64,000 nt of DNA from Candidatus Gottesmanbacteria bacterium (GTDB lineage: Bacteria > Patescibacteriota > Microgenomatia > JAMCYU01). The position numbers were made by a program, and so were the translations under genes. The notes under the pieces are model-generated. The model searched no databases and was not told the origin of the DNA. It saw only the letters and a program-made list of their open reading frames with translations. Location: positions 2,683 through 66,682 of the forward strand of contig JAZDMI010000021.1 in the NCBI GenBank assembly GCA_043801155.1, given 5' to 3'. How positions within the stretch are numbered: the stretch's first letter is position 1; each line of letters starts with the position of its first letter. Positions 47,279 to 57,466 of the stretch are shown piece after piece.

Positions 47279-48886
47279 TTGATGCCAAAAGAATTAGATA
47301 AGAAATCCCTAATTAAAGTTAAATTTGTTACTATCGAAGACTCAATCGTCAGCATTGGTTTTCGGCGGGTTGCCGCGGTAGCCAGAAAATTAAACCCTGA
47401 TACCGAAATCTATTTTATAACTCCGGGAAATGTGTATTCACTGCTGACTTATCTTTTTCCACTGCGAAAAACCAGTATTACCGACAAAGATTGTCAAAGA
47501 ATTGCCCGAGAACTAGCCAAGGCTGATCTTCTTTGTTTTTCCTCAATGACACCGTCATATCCTTATGTTGAAAAAATTACCCATCTGGTAAAAAAAATTA
47601 ATCCAAAAATATTTATTCTCTGCGGAGGAACCCATTGTATTCTTTATCCCGAGGAAGCGATTTGTCATGTAGATGCTATCTGTACTTGGGAAGGCGAGAA
47701 ATCTTTTAGAGAATTTTATCAAGCTTTTGCACATAACAAATCTTATCTGCGGACAAAAAATATGTGGTTTAACGTCAACGGTAAAATAATTAAAAATCCA
47801 TACCGGCCTCTTAATAGTTCCCGGGAATTAGATAATTTTCCTCATTTATTTAATGATTATGATTGCCAAATTTATGATTTTAAACCGGCGAAGTTTCGCC
47901 GATTCACCCAAAATGATTTCTTCAAATATAATGGGCTGGCTTATAAAATAATTTGGACAATCGGTTGTCCATTTTCCTGTTTTTACTGCGCTAATGATAA
48001 GTTTATCAGTATCGATAAAAATTATCGCTTAATAAGACATTCTTCAGTTGAATTTATTATTAAAGAAATCGAGGAAGCCATAAAAATATTTCCTTTTATC
48101 TCAACGATAGTTTTTTATGATGATAGTTTTATGGCTGTTGATCAAGATTCCTTAATAGCTTTTGCTAAAGAATATAAAAAAAGAATTAATCTGCCGTTTG
48201 TGGTTTTCGGCATGCATCCGAATACGATTACCCGGGAAAAAATTGCCATATTAGCCGAAGCCGGGATGAACCGGACGAGAATGGGGATCCAAAGCGGCAG
48301 CGAAAAAATACTCTCTTTTTATCGCCGGCCGACGTCTCTTAGTAATATAATCAAATCAGCTAAAATTTTAGCCAGGGCAGCGAAAAAATACAAAATGATT
48401 CCTCCTTCATATGATATTATTTCTGACAATCCAATGGCGACGAGAAAAGACATTGTTAATTCACTTAAATTGATCTACCGTTTAGAGCGGCCCTATACCC
48501 TTAATGTTTTTGCCTTGCGGATTATTCGCAATACCCCGCTTTATAATTATTTTCACCAGCATCTTTCGTTGGATATTGAGGCTTTATCGGCTTATCAACT
48601 GGAATTAAAAAAGACCATTGATAATATCCTTTTATACATATTGGCAATTTTTAAGCCGCCAAAACTGATTTTTAATTGGTTTTTAAAATATGTTAAAGGT
48701 TATCATGAAAAGCAAACTTCTTACCCGGTTATTTACTGGATGATTAAATCGATATATCTTTTCTCTCGCGGTTTATCACACTTGAAACACCTGGATTTTT
48801 CCAATATCGGTGGTTCCGAAGGCTATTATCTCTGGAAATTAGGTTTAATTAGATCCAAGTTTCGGACTCAAGCAAAACTAGGGTAA
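47279..48886 (+). CDS. B12-binding-domain radical SAM enzyme
   Basis: N-terminal cobalamin-binding-like domain, then a CPFSCFYC (Cx3Cx2C) radical SAM motif. Confidence 0.7.
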   Translation: MMPKELDKKSLIKVKFVTIEDSIVSIGFRRVAAVARKLNPDTEIYFITPGNVYSLLTYLFPLRKTSITDKDCQRIARELAKADLLCFSSMTPSYPYVEKITHLVKKINPKIFILCGGTHCILYPEEAICHVDAICTWEGEKSFREFYQAFAHNKSYLRTKNMWFNVNGKIIKNPYRPLNSSRELDNFPHLFNDYDCQIYDFKPAKFRRFTQNDFFKYNGLAYKIIWTIGCPFSCFYCANDKFISIDKNYRLIRHSSVEFIIKEIEEAIKIFPFISTIVFYDDSFMAVDQDSLIAFAKEYKKRINLPFVVFGMHPNTITREKIAILAEAGMNRTRMGIQSGSEKILSFYRRPTSLSNIIKSAKILARAAKKYKMIPPSYDIISDNPMATRKDIVNSLKLIYRLERPYTLNVFALRIIRNTPLYNYFHQHLSLDIEALSAYQLELKKTIDNILLYILAIFKPPKLIFNWFLKYVKGYHEKQTSYPVIYWMIKSIYLFSRGLSHLKHLDFSNIGGSEGYYLWKLGLIRSKFRTQAKLG

Positions 48887-48919
48887 TATAACATTTTTTG
48901 ATAAAATACTTATATAATT

Positions 48920-50308
48920 ATGTTTAGAATATTTCTTTTTATCCTTGGATCAATTTTTGCCATTACTGTTTTTACCCTTATCCAAAAGTCAGCTTTTGAA
49001 CCAATTATTCCTAAAGAAATTATGAATAGAGTTAACAGTAATCAGTCAAAAACCATTGTCTTTGGGGTGGGAGTTATGATCCAGCAAGGAAAATTATTAT
49101 GTAATCCAGCTCAAGAATATGGATCACATTTTAATTGGTTAACCCTTTCTTGGCAAAGAATTCAGCCACGACAGGATAAATGGTCTTGGACTCAATTTGA
49201 CAGTTGGGTTGATGGATACCGCAATTGTGGTCAGGAAGTAGCGGTGCATATTTTATCTGATGCTTCCTGGGCAGTTGGTCAATTACCGGAAAATATCCGG
49301 GCGATGCCGCCGAAAGACTTAAATCAATATTATACTTTTGTTTACGAAGTAGCCAAACATTATCAAGGCAAAATTAGCCGTTATGCCATCGAAAATGAAG
49401 CCCATGCCCCGGAAAATTGGGGAGGAACGGCTGAACAATACATTGCCGAGCTGCAAACTGCATATAAAGCTATTCATGCGGCTGATCCCAATGCTATCGT
49501 TACCGATGCCGGTATGTCCCATATGGGGTTGGGTTATCTAACGGCAAACTGGTTAATCTCACAAGGGAAAAGCCAACAGGCTCTGAATTTTGCTAACTCA
49601 TATGCGGCTCATCTTTATCGGGGTAATAAACCACCGTATTTGAATAGTGTTGATGAGGTAAAACAGCTTTTAAGCACCCCTGGTGTACAAAAAACAATTA
49701 GCTGGTATAACTTGATCTTAGAAAACCATCAGTATTATGACCACTTACAAATTCATAATGGTGCCCCCTGGCAGGATTTACAGCTAGTATTAGATTATGT
49801 ACATACTAACCTTCAAGCTCAGGGTGATGACAAACCTTTAGAATTATGGGAAACATGGTATAGCTGGACGGGTGCTCCCGGTAATGGTTTTAATGAGACA
49901 GAACAAGCAAAAGAAATTATAAGGTTTATGGTTACTGCTTTTTCAGGCCAAACGATAGTCTATAATTATTGGTTATTTACTGATTATGCAATTGGCGAAG
50001 GCCATCCGGGATTGGTGGATAACCAAGGAAATCCGCGGCCAGCAGCTATTGCTTATAAAATAGCGTCAGAGAAACTAAATGGTTCTTCTTTTGTGTCCAG
50101 ACTAGATTTGGGGGGGAATATAAATGCTTACAAATTTATTAACCAAACCAAGGAAGTCTTTGTCGTTTGGTCTACCAATTCTTCCCCGGTAAATGTAAGA
50201 CTACCTATAAGTCAAGTAAAAATTACTGATATTCAAGGAAACGTAACCACCGCAGATAATAACCAGATTTTGATTAGTGATTCTCCTATATTTGTTGAAC
50301 GAAGATAA
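48920..50308 (+). CDS. secreted TIM-barrel glycoside-hydrolase-like protein (paralog of 55882..57306)
   Basis: Signal/TM anchor; ENEAHAPENWGG block paralogous to IYNEPNHNKEWGG; family assignment uncertain. Confidence 0.45.
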   Translation: MFRIFLFILGSIFAITVFTLIQKSAFEPIIPKEIMNRVNSNQSKTIVFGVGVMIQQGKLLCNPAQEYGSHFNWLTLSWQRIQPRQDKWSWTQFDSWVDGYRNCGQEVAVHILSDASWAVGQLPENIRAMPPKDLNQYYTFVYEVAKHYQGKISRYAIENEAHAPENWGGTAEQYIAELQTAYKAIHAADPNAIVTDAGMSHMGLGYLTANWLISQGKSQQALNFANSYAAHLYRGNKPPYLNSVDEVKQLLSTPGVQKTISWYNLILENHQYYDHLQIHNGAPWQDLQLVLDYVHTNLQAQGDDKPLELWETWYSWTGAPGNGFNETEQAKEIIRFMVTAFSGQTIVYNYWLFTDYAIGEGHPGLVDNQGNPRPAAIAYKIASEKLNGSSFVSRLDLGGNINAYKFINQTKEVFVVWSTNSSPVNVRLPISQVKITDIQGNVTTADNNQILISDSPIFVERR

Positions 50309-50344
50309 AAACGCTGCTTAAGATATTTTTAATTTATAAAATAG

Positions 50345-50878
50345 TTACGAGGTTGGTTCGGGGGGTAAAAATTCCTCACCACTGGAATCTGAAGATGTAA
50401 CATATTCTCCCGGTTTAAGCCATTGGATATAAGTACAACCGGTAGCAACTCTTTTAGCGCTATCCCAACCGGCCGTCTCACACTTTTTCATTTTCTTGCC
50501 GTTAGCAGTAGTATAAAGAACTAATTTTTGCCCGCACTTTGGGCAATCCTCATCAAGTTTCTCGGTGGTACCATTTATCCACTCAATATAGTCGCAACCC
50601 TCGGCTTTTCTAGTTTCCTTATTCCAAACATTAGTTGAGCATTTTTTCATTTTCTTGCCAAACCGGGTAACTACCAAAAGAAGTGGAGAACCGCACTTCG
50701 GACATTTTTCCTCAAGAGTTTGCGGTTCTACCGCCAGCCACTTAACAAAAGTACACCCTTCATTTTGATGGGTTTCCTTATTCCAGCTGCCCTTTGAGCA
50801 ACGCTGAAGTTTTCTGCCGGTTGGTGTTTCAATAATATCGGTTAATTTGGCTCCGCATTTCGGGCATACATCATCCAT
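50345..50878 (-). CDS. protein made of three tandem topoisomerase-type C4 zinc-ribbon repeats
   Basis: Three approx 58-aa repeats, each CPKCG...L...G(K/R)K..(K/R)C...W(N/D)...GC.Y(I/V).W. Confidence 0.6.
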   Translation of the reverse strand: MDDVCPKCGAKLTDIIETPTGRKLQRCSKGSWNKETHQNEGCTFVKWLAVEPQTLEEKCPKCGSPLLLVVTRFGKKMKKCSTNVWNKETRKAEGCDYIEWINGTTEKLDEDCPKCGQKLVLYTTANGKKMKKCETAGWDSAKRVATGCTYIQWLKPGEYVTSSDSSGEEFLPPEPTS

Positions 50879-50934
50879 ATAGAAAATAGTATATCAGAAA
50901 AATTAAAAATAATCTTGAGCTATTTTGGAAAATT

Positions 50935-51390
50935 TTGCTTTTTATATTAAAACTTTACTATAATAAAGTTAATATGGTCGAAGGTGACAGAGATGTCCTT
51001 TCGAAAATAAAGACCAGAGTTAAACATATTGGTCAGGCTTTTTTACCTGATAAAGAGGAATTCATACCCTTATCTGATATTAATGCCGATACCGTATGCA
51101 AGACAATCCGGAAGTGTCTAGGCACGCCAATTCAAAAAAGGTTTATCGGAAATGCTTGGGCAAATCCTTTCTCGGTGGTTGATGTCCTTGTCCATATGGG
51201 TTATTTAGATCCCTGGGTGGAGTCTGATTATTTAGAGAAGTTTCCCGAAGAATATCGGGCAACCCGTAAAGCTCTGAATGACCTGGTTGCGAATAAGATA
51301 TTAAAGCCTGTACAATTAGAAGATAAAGATAGTCATCGCGAGGATTTATATTATCAAGTAGTAAATAGTCAAGATCTGCAAAATAATTAA
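50935..51390 (+). CDS. hypothetical protein
   Basis: ORF; no known domain. Confidence 0.45.
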   Translation: MLFILKLYYNKVNMVEGDRDVLSKIKTRVKHIGQAFLPDKEEFIPLSDINADTVCKTIRKCLGTPIQKRFIGNAWANPFSVVDVLVHMGYLDPWVESDYLEKFPEEYRATRKALNDLVANKILKPVQLEDKDSHREDLYYQVVNSQDLQNN

Positions 51391-51404
51391 TCTATTAAAA
51401 ATTT

Positions 51405-52292
51405 ATGGATCAAGAAAACCAGACAACTATTAATTCTCAACCAGTACCAGTCGCCCCCCAACAAAAAACTAATTTATGGATGATTGTTTCGCTAGTTTTG
51501 ATTACCGCCATACTTGTTGGCGGAGGCGTATTTTTTTTGATGAACTCAACTAAAAAAGAACCAACCGGTTCTTTAAGCCAGGCTGAACCAAAAGCAACAT
51601 CCCTGCCAATTGTTTCTACTCAACCTACATTAACGCCGGTTGCGATTCCCAGTCTAATATCAATTGATAATACCTGGAATAAATATACCAATTCTGTCTT
51701 GGGTTTTTCTCATAAGGTTTTAAAAAATATGATTGAACCATACGGTCTTTGCCCCTTTAGCGATACTAATGGTGATCATTCATATCGGCCAAAACCAAGT
51801 AGCGTCCCGGTTAAGATTTTTGAAGAAGGAATAAATGTTTATATCGCCAGCGAATATTTTTATAAATTGACAGGAGAAACCAATGAAAATGGCAGGTCAT
51901 TTTTTTCTGGTTGCGATAAAATCACCAACTCGGTTAGTCTGATTAAAGATATGAAAAACTATTTTTCACCGGCCTGGAGAATCGTGGTTAAAAATATAGC
52001 CAATGATAGTGAGTTAGATCAATTTCTGAAAGACAGGTATGGTGTAGGTTGCAGCTTGGGCGAAAAAAAACCGGCTAAACAAAATGGGGTTTTTGATATT
52101 CATATCAAAGGAGATGGATTAGATTTAGGGGAAACCAAATGCCCGATAAATTATATAACTGTCGTTAAATACTATCCGGAAAAGCAAAAAGTGGCTGCTT
52201 GGGATATTGGTCAAAGTTGCAGTTTTACCACTGACTTAAATTATCAAAACTGTCTTGATCAGGAAATGACTGATAGTTTTACCTTCGAATAA
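51405..52292 (+). CDS. hypothetical membrane-anchored secreted protein
   Basis: TM helix after a Q/P-rich N-terminus; Cys-containing extracellular domain. Confidence 0.5.
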   Translation: MDQENQTTINSQPVPVAPQQKTNLWMIVSLVLITAILVGGGVFFLMNSTKKEPTGSLSQAEPKATSLPIVSTQPTLTPVAIPSLISIDNTWNKYTNSVLGFSHKVLKNMIEPYGLCPFSDTNGDHSYRPKPSSVPVKIFEEGINVYIASEYFYKLTGETNENGRSFFSGCDKITNSVSLIKDMKNYFSPAWRIVVKNIANDSELDQFLKDRYGVGCSLGEKKPAKQNGVFDIHIKGDGLDLGETKCPINYITVVKYYPEKQKVAAWDIGQSCSFTTDLNYQNCLDQEMTDSFTFE

Positions 52293-52318
52293 GGTATTTT
52301 TAAAGTAAAATCTTTAGA

Positions 52319-52696
52319 TTAATCTTCAAATTCTTCAGATTCTGGAGATTCTGAAAAGTGAAGTATCTGATTACATACCCTGACAAAATTAAGTTGCTCG
52401 TTTAGTTCTTCTTTATCATAACCATTACCAATACCGGTATGAATTTTGTGGATAAGATTCCATACCGAGGATTTTTGATAACCTCGTTGCAATAATTCAA
52501 GGTCATCTGATTTTGCTGTTCTACATAATACCCTAGATAGTGCATGCTCTACAGCTGTACTCGTATCAGGAATAACCCGCGAGCCTATAGCTTTTTGTTC
52601 TTTGGTAATAAATCGTTGAACAAATCCTTCGGCTTTTTCCCTTGAAAAATACGGGGTTCGATAATCAATTCCAAACTCTGCGCCCTTATTATTCAT
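52319..52696 (-). CDS. hypothetical protein
   Basis: ORF; acidic C-terminus; no known domain. Confidence 0.45.
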   Translation of the reverse strand: MNNKGAEFGIDYRTPYFSREKAEGFVQRFITKEQKAIGSRVIPDTSTAVEHALSRVLCRTAKSDDLELLQRGYQKSSVWNLIHKIHTGIGNGYDKEELNEQLNFVRVCNQILHFSESPESEEFED

Positions 52697-52731
52697 ATAA
52701 ATATATATCCTATAATATTATGGTTAGATTG

Positions 52732-53760
52732 TCAAGAGGCGCTGATTTGCTCCTTAATGAAGTTACGTAGTTCCTGCCAGTCGTCGGATTTGGGAACAAG
52801 GATAAACTGGCCTTGGGAATTTTTCCCGGACTTTAAAATATTGGCATCTGACGGAACTATTTGGCTGATCTTATATTCACTTGGGTTAACAATTAAAGAA
52901 ATAATTGTCTTGGTAGTAGCTAAGTCCAAATCGGTTTTAACGAATTTAACTAAACTGTTAAAAATCTTATCCACGTTTTTTAGGGCATTTAATGTTAACA
53001 ACTTATCTTTAATACCGATTAAAATTGTTTGTTGTCTGGCTCCCCGGCCAAAATCCGAGCCATCCTGAGCCGAATGACGCGAGCGGGCATATTTTAAAGC
53101 CATAATTCCGTCAATATGCGTTTTACCGGTATCAAAGTGAAGATGTTCGTAGCGGCAGGTAAATTGTTTTTCCAATTCAAATCCGCTTAGGGTGGCCGAA
53201 AGATTAGCGACTTCTTCCGGTGATTTTCCACAGGTTTCCAGTTCCTTGCCGGCCACCGGATAAAAATAATCGTCAAACGTCTTGGCAATATTTATATCAA
53301 TTCCGCCCAGAGAGTCAATCAGGCGGATAAAGTTTGGGAAATCAACAACTATAGCTTGCCCGATTGATAATCCGGTAATTGAGCCAACCGTTTCTTTGGC
53401 TAACGCAAATCCGCCCTTAGAGTAGGCTTCATTAATTTTCATATTATTGACATACATATCGCGGGGAATAAAAATAAGCGCGGCTTTTTTATTAATAGTA
53501 TTTATATGAACAATCATCTCAGAATCAGCTAAGATACCACCTTCATGTCCGGCTCCGCCCTGACCTAAAAGCAAGATATTATATTCTCCTTGATTTGCAG
53601 GTTTGGGGGTTATATTAGAAACTGAATTAATGGTGGTAGTTTGCTCAAGCGGGCTGATTATCTTATTGGTTTTTCTTGAGAGTAAAAAGTATGTCAAAAC
53701 ACTAATAACTATTAGTACTAGGACTATTATCGGAATGATAATTAAAACTGGTTTCTTCAT
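52732..53760 (-). CDS. LytR-CpsA-Psr (LCP) family cell-envelope phosphotransferase
   Basis: N-terminal TM anchor; LCP-domain-like core (LLLGQGGAGHEGG..SEMIVHIN). Confidence 0.7.
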   Translation of the reverse strand: MKKPVLIIIPIIVLVLIVISVLTYFLLSRKTNKIISPLEQTTTINSVSNITPKPANQGEYNILLLGQGGAGHEGGILADSEMIVHINTINKKAALIFIPRDMYVNNMKINEAYSKGGFALAKETVGSITGLSIGQAIVVDFPNFIRLIDSLGGIDINIAKTFDDYFYPVAGKELETCGKSPEEVANLSATLSGFELEKQFTCRYEHLHFDTGKTHIDGIMALKYARSRHSAQDGSDFGRGARQQTILIGIKDKLLTLNALKNVDKIFNSLVKFVKTDLDLATTKTIISLIVNPSEYKISQIVPSDANILKSGKNSQGQFILVPKSDDWQELRNFIKEQISAS

Positions 53761-53837
53761 TTTAATATTATCGCATTATTATGATAAACTGCCAAGTGAA
53801 TAAATTATTGACTTAATATACATAAATCATTAAGATA

Positions 53838-54440
53838 TTGCTGATGAAAAAATATTCAATTTTTATAATTCTCGTTATTTTATTATTTGCTATAATACTA
53901 ATTAAGATGCAAAATTCAAATAATCAAAATAACCAACCTCCCATAGTAACACCAACCTCCGCACCGGAAAGCCTAAGCCCGACGAGTTCTGCGTCAGTCT
54001 CAGCATCTGCGGTGACAACTACGGAAACTCAAGCATTAATTAAAACCTCAAAAGGCGATATCAATCTAAGTTTATATCCGGACGCAGCGCCAAAAACAGT
54101 AGCCAATTTTATTAATAAAGCCAACAGCGGTGACTATAAAAATCTAACTTTCCACCGGGTTGAAGATTGGGTTATCCAGGGAGGCGATCCTTTAGGAAAT
54201 GGTACCGGCGGCGGAGAAATTGCTACCGAAATTAGTAATAAACCATTTGTCATTGGTTCTTTGGGAGTTGCCCGAGGGCAAGATATCAAAATCTCCAACG
54301 ACAGCCAGTTTTTTATTACCAAAACCGAGGCTTCGTGGCTAAACGGCCAATATACCAACTTCGGGCTGGTGATATCAGGAATGGAAGTAGTTAATCAAAT
54401 TCAAGTCGGCGACAAAATTTTAGACATTATTATTAAATAA
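53838..54440 (+). CDS. cyclophilin-type peptidyl-prolyl cis-trans isomerase (secreted)
   Basis: FHRVEDWVIQGGDPLGNGTGGGE. Confidence 0.85.
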   Translation: MLMKKYSIFIILVILLFAIILIKMQNSNNQNNQPPIVTPTSAPESLSPTSSASVSASAVTTTETQALIKTSKGDINLSLYPDAAPKTVANFINKANSGDYKNLTFHRVEDWVIQGGDPLGNGTGGGEIATEISNKPFVIGSLGVARGQDIKISNDSQFFITKTEASWLNGQYTNFGLVISGMEVVNQIQVGDKILDIIIK

Positions 54441-54482
54441 GAAAAATCTTTTTTCTTACCTCATTGTAGTATAATCTAGTGC

Positions 54483-54923
54483 ATGCCACCCGAACAAGAA
54501 AAAATCCTCTATCATGGTACTACTTATGGCCGTATTAAAAGGGCTGATGCTTTATATGGTTATATTAGACCGCAAGAACCAGGCATGTCAGGAAATATGA
54601 CGGATGATTATAAGACGGCAGCAGTCTTTGCTCGTCTTGCCTCTTGTACGGAGAATGGTGATATGCCGATTATACTACATATAAAACTATCAAACTCAGA
54701 AATTGTCGAACTTGGGAAAATGACACATACCAACAAAAATACTTTTGGATTAACTAAAGCGATATCTGCAGAGTTAATTCCTGAAGATTTTTTTAGCAAG
54801 ACACCTTTTTTAAAAAAACCAATTGCTTTACAGGATGAAGCTGATGGGTATGTAACCTTTTATATTATTGATAGATCAAAAATTATTAATTCCACCATAG
54901 TCCATGATGAGAATATTACTTAG
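54483..54923 (+). CDS. hypothetical protein
   Basis: ORF; no known domain. Confidence 0.45.
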   Translation: MPPEQEKILYHGTTYGRIKRADALYGYIRPQEPGMSGNMTDDYKTAAVFARLASCTENGDMPIILHIKLSNSEIVELGKMTHTNKNTFGLTKAISAELIPEDFFSKTPFLKKPIALQDEADGYVTFYIIDRSKIINSTIVHDENIT

Positions 54924-55881
54924 ATTACTGCTTATACTTATAATTCTTATTGCCCTTGTCGGTGGTGTCTCCTTTTATTTTTTATCTCCAGTTGAAAATA
55001 TTAATAAACCAGTCATTTTTACTTTACAAAAAGACGATAATAAACTTGATGCGGCAATAAAACTTAAAGAACAAAAATTAATAAGAAATGTGGCGGTATT
55101 TTCTTTTCTGCTGACGTATTTTGCGGCTGATAAAAAAATACTGCCGGGTGGATATAGGTTAAATTCCAATATGAATGCTTGGCAGGTTATGGAAAAGATT
55201 ACCAAAAAACCTGATTTAGTCTGGGTGGTTATCCGGGAGGGTTTACGCAAAGAACAAGTGGCGATTGTTTTAGCCAAAGCCCTAGGTTGGACAGATAAAC
55301 AAAGAAGTTTATGGCTTGACAACTATACCAGTTCTAATCCTGAATATATTGAAGGTGTTTATTTCCCCGATACCTACCTTATTCCGGTTGATGAAAACGG
55401 CGCTGATATTGTTCGGAGGTTTATCAATAATTTTAATGCCAAAATGGCACCGCTTTTTCCTGAATTTGCTAAAAAGGACATTCTCTGGACTACCGGTATC
55501 AAAATTGCCTCATTAATCCAGCGTGAAGCCGGGGGATCGGCTGATATGCCGATTATTGCCGGAGTGATTTGGAATCGGCTTAATAAGGGAATGAAGCTGG
55601 AAATTGATGCTACGATGCAGTATACCCGGGGTGAACAAAACGATAACTGGTGGGGACCAATAGATCTGGAAGAGAAATTAACGGATTCGCCATATAACAC
55701 TTATCTATACAAAGGTTTACCACCGACGCCGATTTGTAATCCTGGTTTGGAGGCTATTAAAGCAGCCTTAAATCCGGCGGAAACCGACTGTATATTTTAT
55801 TTGCATGATGCTCAAAAACAGATTCATTGTGCCAAAACCTACGAAGAACACAAGAGAAATATCATAGAGTTTCTTAATTAA
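54904..55881 (+). CDS. mltG: MltG/YceG-family endolytic transglycosylase, second paralog
   Basis: GLPPTPICNPGLEAI signature; TM anchor. Confidence 0.8.
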   Translation: MMRILLRLLLILIILIALVGGVSFYFLSPVENINKPVIFTLQKDDNKLDAAIKLKEQKLIRNVAVFSFLLTYFAADKKILPGGYRLNSNMNAWQVMEKITKKPDLVWVVIREGLRKEQVAIVLAKALGWTDKQRSLWLDNYTSSNPEYIEGVYFPDTYLIPVDENGADIVRRFINNFNAKMAPLFPEFAKKDILWTTGIKIASLIQREAGGSADMPIIAGVIWNRLNKGMKLEIDATMQYTRGEQNDNWWGPIDLEEKLTDSPYNTYLYKGLPPTPICNPGLEAIKAALNPAETDCIFYLHDAQKQIHCAKTYEEHKRNIIEFLN

Positions 55882-57306
55882 ATGACTTCGTCATATATGG
55901 TAAAATGGGTGTTTGTGAAAAGAGCTATTTTACTCAACCTTTTCCTTTTTGTTTTTGTTTTAAAGCCTGTCTTTGCTTTGGAAAACAATAAATTTGGAAT
56001 TCATATTATTCAGCCGGAAGATCTCCCCCGGGCGGCGGAGCTGGTTAACAGCAATAGCGGTGATTGGGGGTATGTAACAATTGTGATTGCGGATAATGAT
56101 AGGAATAAAGATAAATGGCAAAGTTTTTTTGATGACTGCCGGCAAAAGCATTTAATCCCGCTGGTCAGAATTGCGACACATCTGGAAAATGATATTTGGA
56201 GTAAACCTGAAGAAAATCAGATTAGTGAGTGGGCAAAGTTTCTTGATAGTCTTAATTGGCCGGTTAAAACCCAATATATCAGCATTTATAATGAACCGAA
56301 TCATAACAAAGAATGGGGAGGAAAGTCAGATCCGGTCGAATACGCGAAAATTTTGGATAAAGCGTTAACCATCTTTAAACAAAAAAACAGCAATTTTTAT
56401 ATTCTGAATGCCGGTTTTGATCAAGCTGCCGGTAATTCCCCGACGACTATTGACGAAGAATGGTATATTGCGCAAATGGAAAAAGAAGTCCCGGGTATTT
56501 TTAGCCGTTTAGATGGTTGGGTATCCCATTCTTATCCTAATCATGGTTTTATTGGAAAACCATGGGAGACTGGTCGGGCATCGGTTGCCGGTTACCAATG
56601 GGAACTGTCAATTCTAAAATCTCAGTTTGGCGTGACAAAAAACCTACCAATTTTTATTACCGAGACGGGTTGGCCGCATAGATTAGACAATAGGGTAAAG
56701 GGCATAGGGTATAGTTACTACGATGAAAAGTTAACGGCCGAGTATATAAAACAGGCGTTTGAAAATGTTTGGCTAGCTGATGATCAGGTCATAGCGGTAA
56801 CCCCTTTTATTTTAAATTATCCGGCGTATCCTTTCGAAAACTTTTCCTGGTTGGATAGTAGCGGGCAACCACTTTCTCAATACCAAGAGATTAAATCAAT
56901 TAAAAAAAATATTGGTCAACCGGAACAAAAACAAAGCTTTGCATTAATTAAGTCGCCTTTTCCTCCAATAGTTACCACGAACTTGGTTTTTAACGGCAAA
57001 GTGATATTAAAAAATACCGGTCAGTCAATATGGGGAGAAAAACCATTTATATTAAAGGCCTTTGCTCCCGGTTTAAAGTTATCTGATTTAATCTTGCCTT
57101 CCGGCCAGTTAGTTAAACCCGGGCAAAGAGCGGAACTGGATTTTACTTTGGAGACAGTTAATGTCGGCGGAGATTATGTTGCCGGCTGGCAAGGACTGAC
57201 ACCCTATGAAATTAAAGTTTTTGGTATTTGGGGGTTGACAGCATCGCCAAATACACCCTTAAATAACATCCTCGAAAATATTTTTGGTTTCTGGTTTAAT
57301 CTTTAA
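55882..57306 (+). CDS. secreted glycoside-hydrolase-like protein (paralog of 48920..50308)
   Basis: IYNEPNHNKEWGG block (GH5-like NEP); signal peptide. Confidence 0.45.
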   Translation: MTSSYMVKWVFVKRAILLNLFLFVFVLKPVFALENNKFGIHIIQPEDLPRAAELVNSNSGDWGYVTIVIADNDRNKDKWQSFFDDCRQKHLIPLVRIATHLENDIWSKPEENQISEWAKFLDSLNWPVKTQYISIYNEPNHNKEWGGKSDPVEYAKILDKALTIFKQKNSNFYILNAGFDQAAGNSPTTIDEEWYIAQMEKEVPGIFSRLDGWVSHSYPNHGFIGKPWETGRASVAGYQWELSILKSQFGVTKNLPIFITETGWPHRLDNRVKGIGYSYYDEKLTAEYIKQAFENVWLADDQVIAVTPFILNYPAYPFENFSWLDSSGQPLSQYQEIKSIKKNIGQPEQKQSFALIKSPFPPIVTTNLVFNGKVILKNTGQSIWGEKPFILKAFAPGLKLSDLILPSGQLVKPGQRAELDFTLETVNVGGDYVAGWQGLTPYEIKVFGIWGLTASPNTPLNNILENIFGFWFNL

Positions 57307-57312
57307 TACTAT

Positions 57313-57341
57313 TTGCATTTTTTGGGCTCTTGAATTATAAT
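57313..57341 (+). promoter_or_regulatory. rplC-operon promoter TTGCAT-17-TATAAT
   Basis: Consensus hexamers with a 17-nt spacer. Confidence 0.55.
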
Positions 57342-57416
57342 AAGTGAACTTTGATATGGAGGTGATTTCACCGACAAAAAGTTAGAATAGCGGACTGGCA
57401 CAACGTATTTAGTCTA

Positions 57417-57438
57417 GGTGCAGTCGGCACCTTTTTTT
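57417..57438 (+). promoter_or_regulatory. leader hairpin GGTGC-AGTCG-GCACC plus T7 (terminator-like) between promoter and rplC start, with an alternative pairing GTGATTTCA (approx 57362) / TGAAATCAC (approx 57444): putative attenuator
   Basis: Stems read directly. Confidence 0.4.
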
Positions 57439-57466
57439 GTGCCTGAAATCACTTAAACTAAAAAAT

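Noticed and set aside
57437-57466. TTG start for rplC at 57437
   Set aside because: It falls inside the T tract of the leader terminator hairpin; ATG at 57467 gives the conserved L3 N-terminus.
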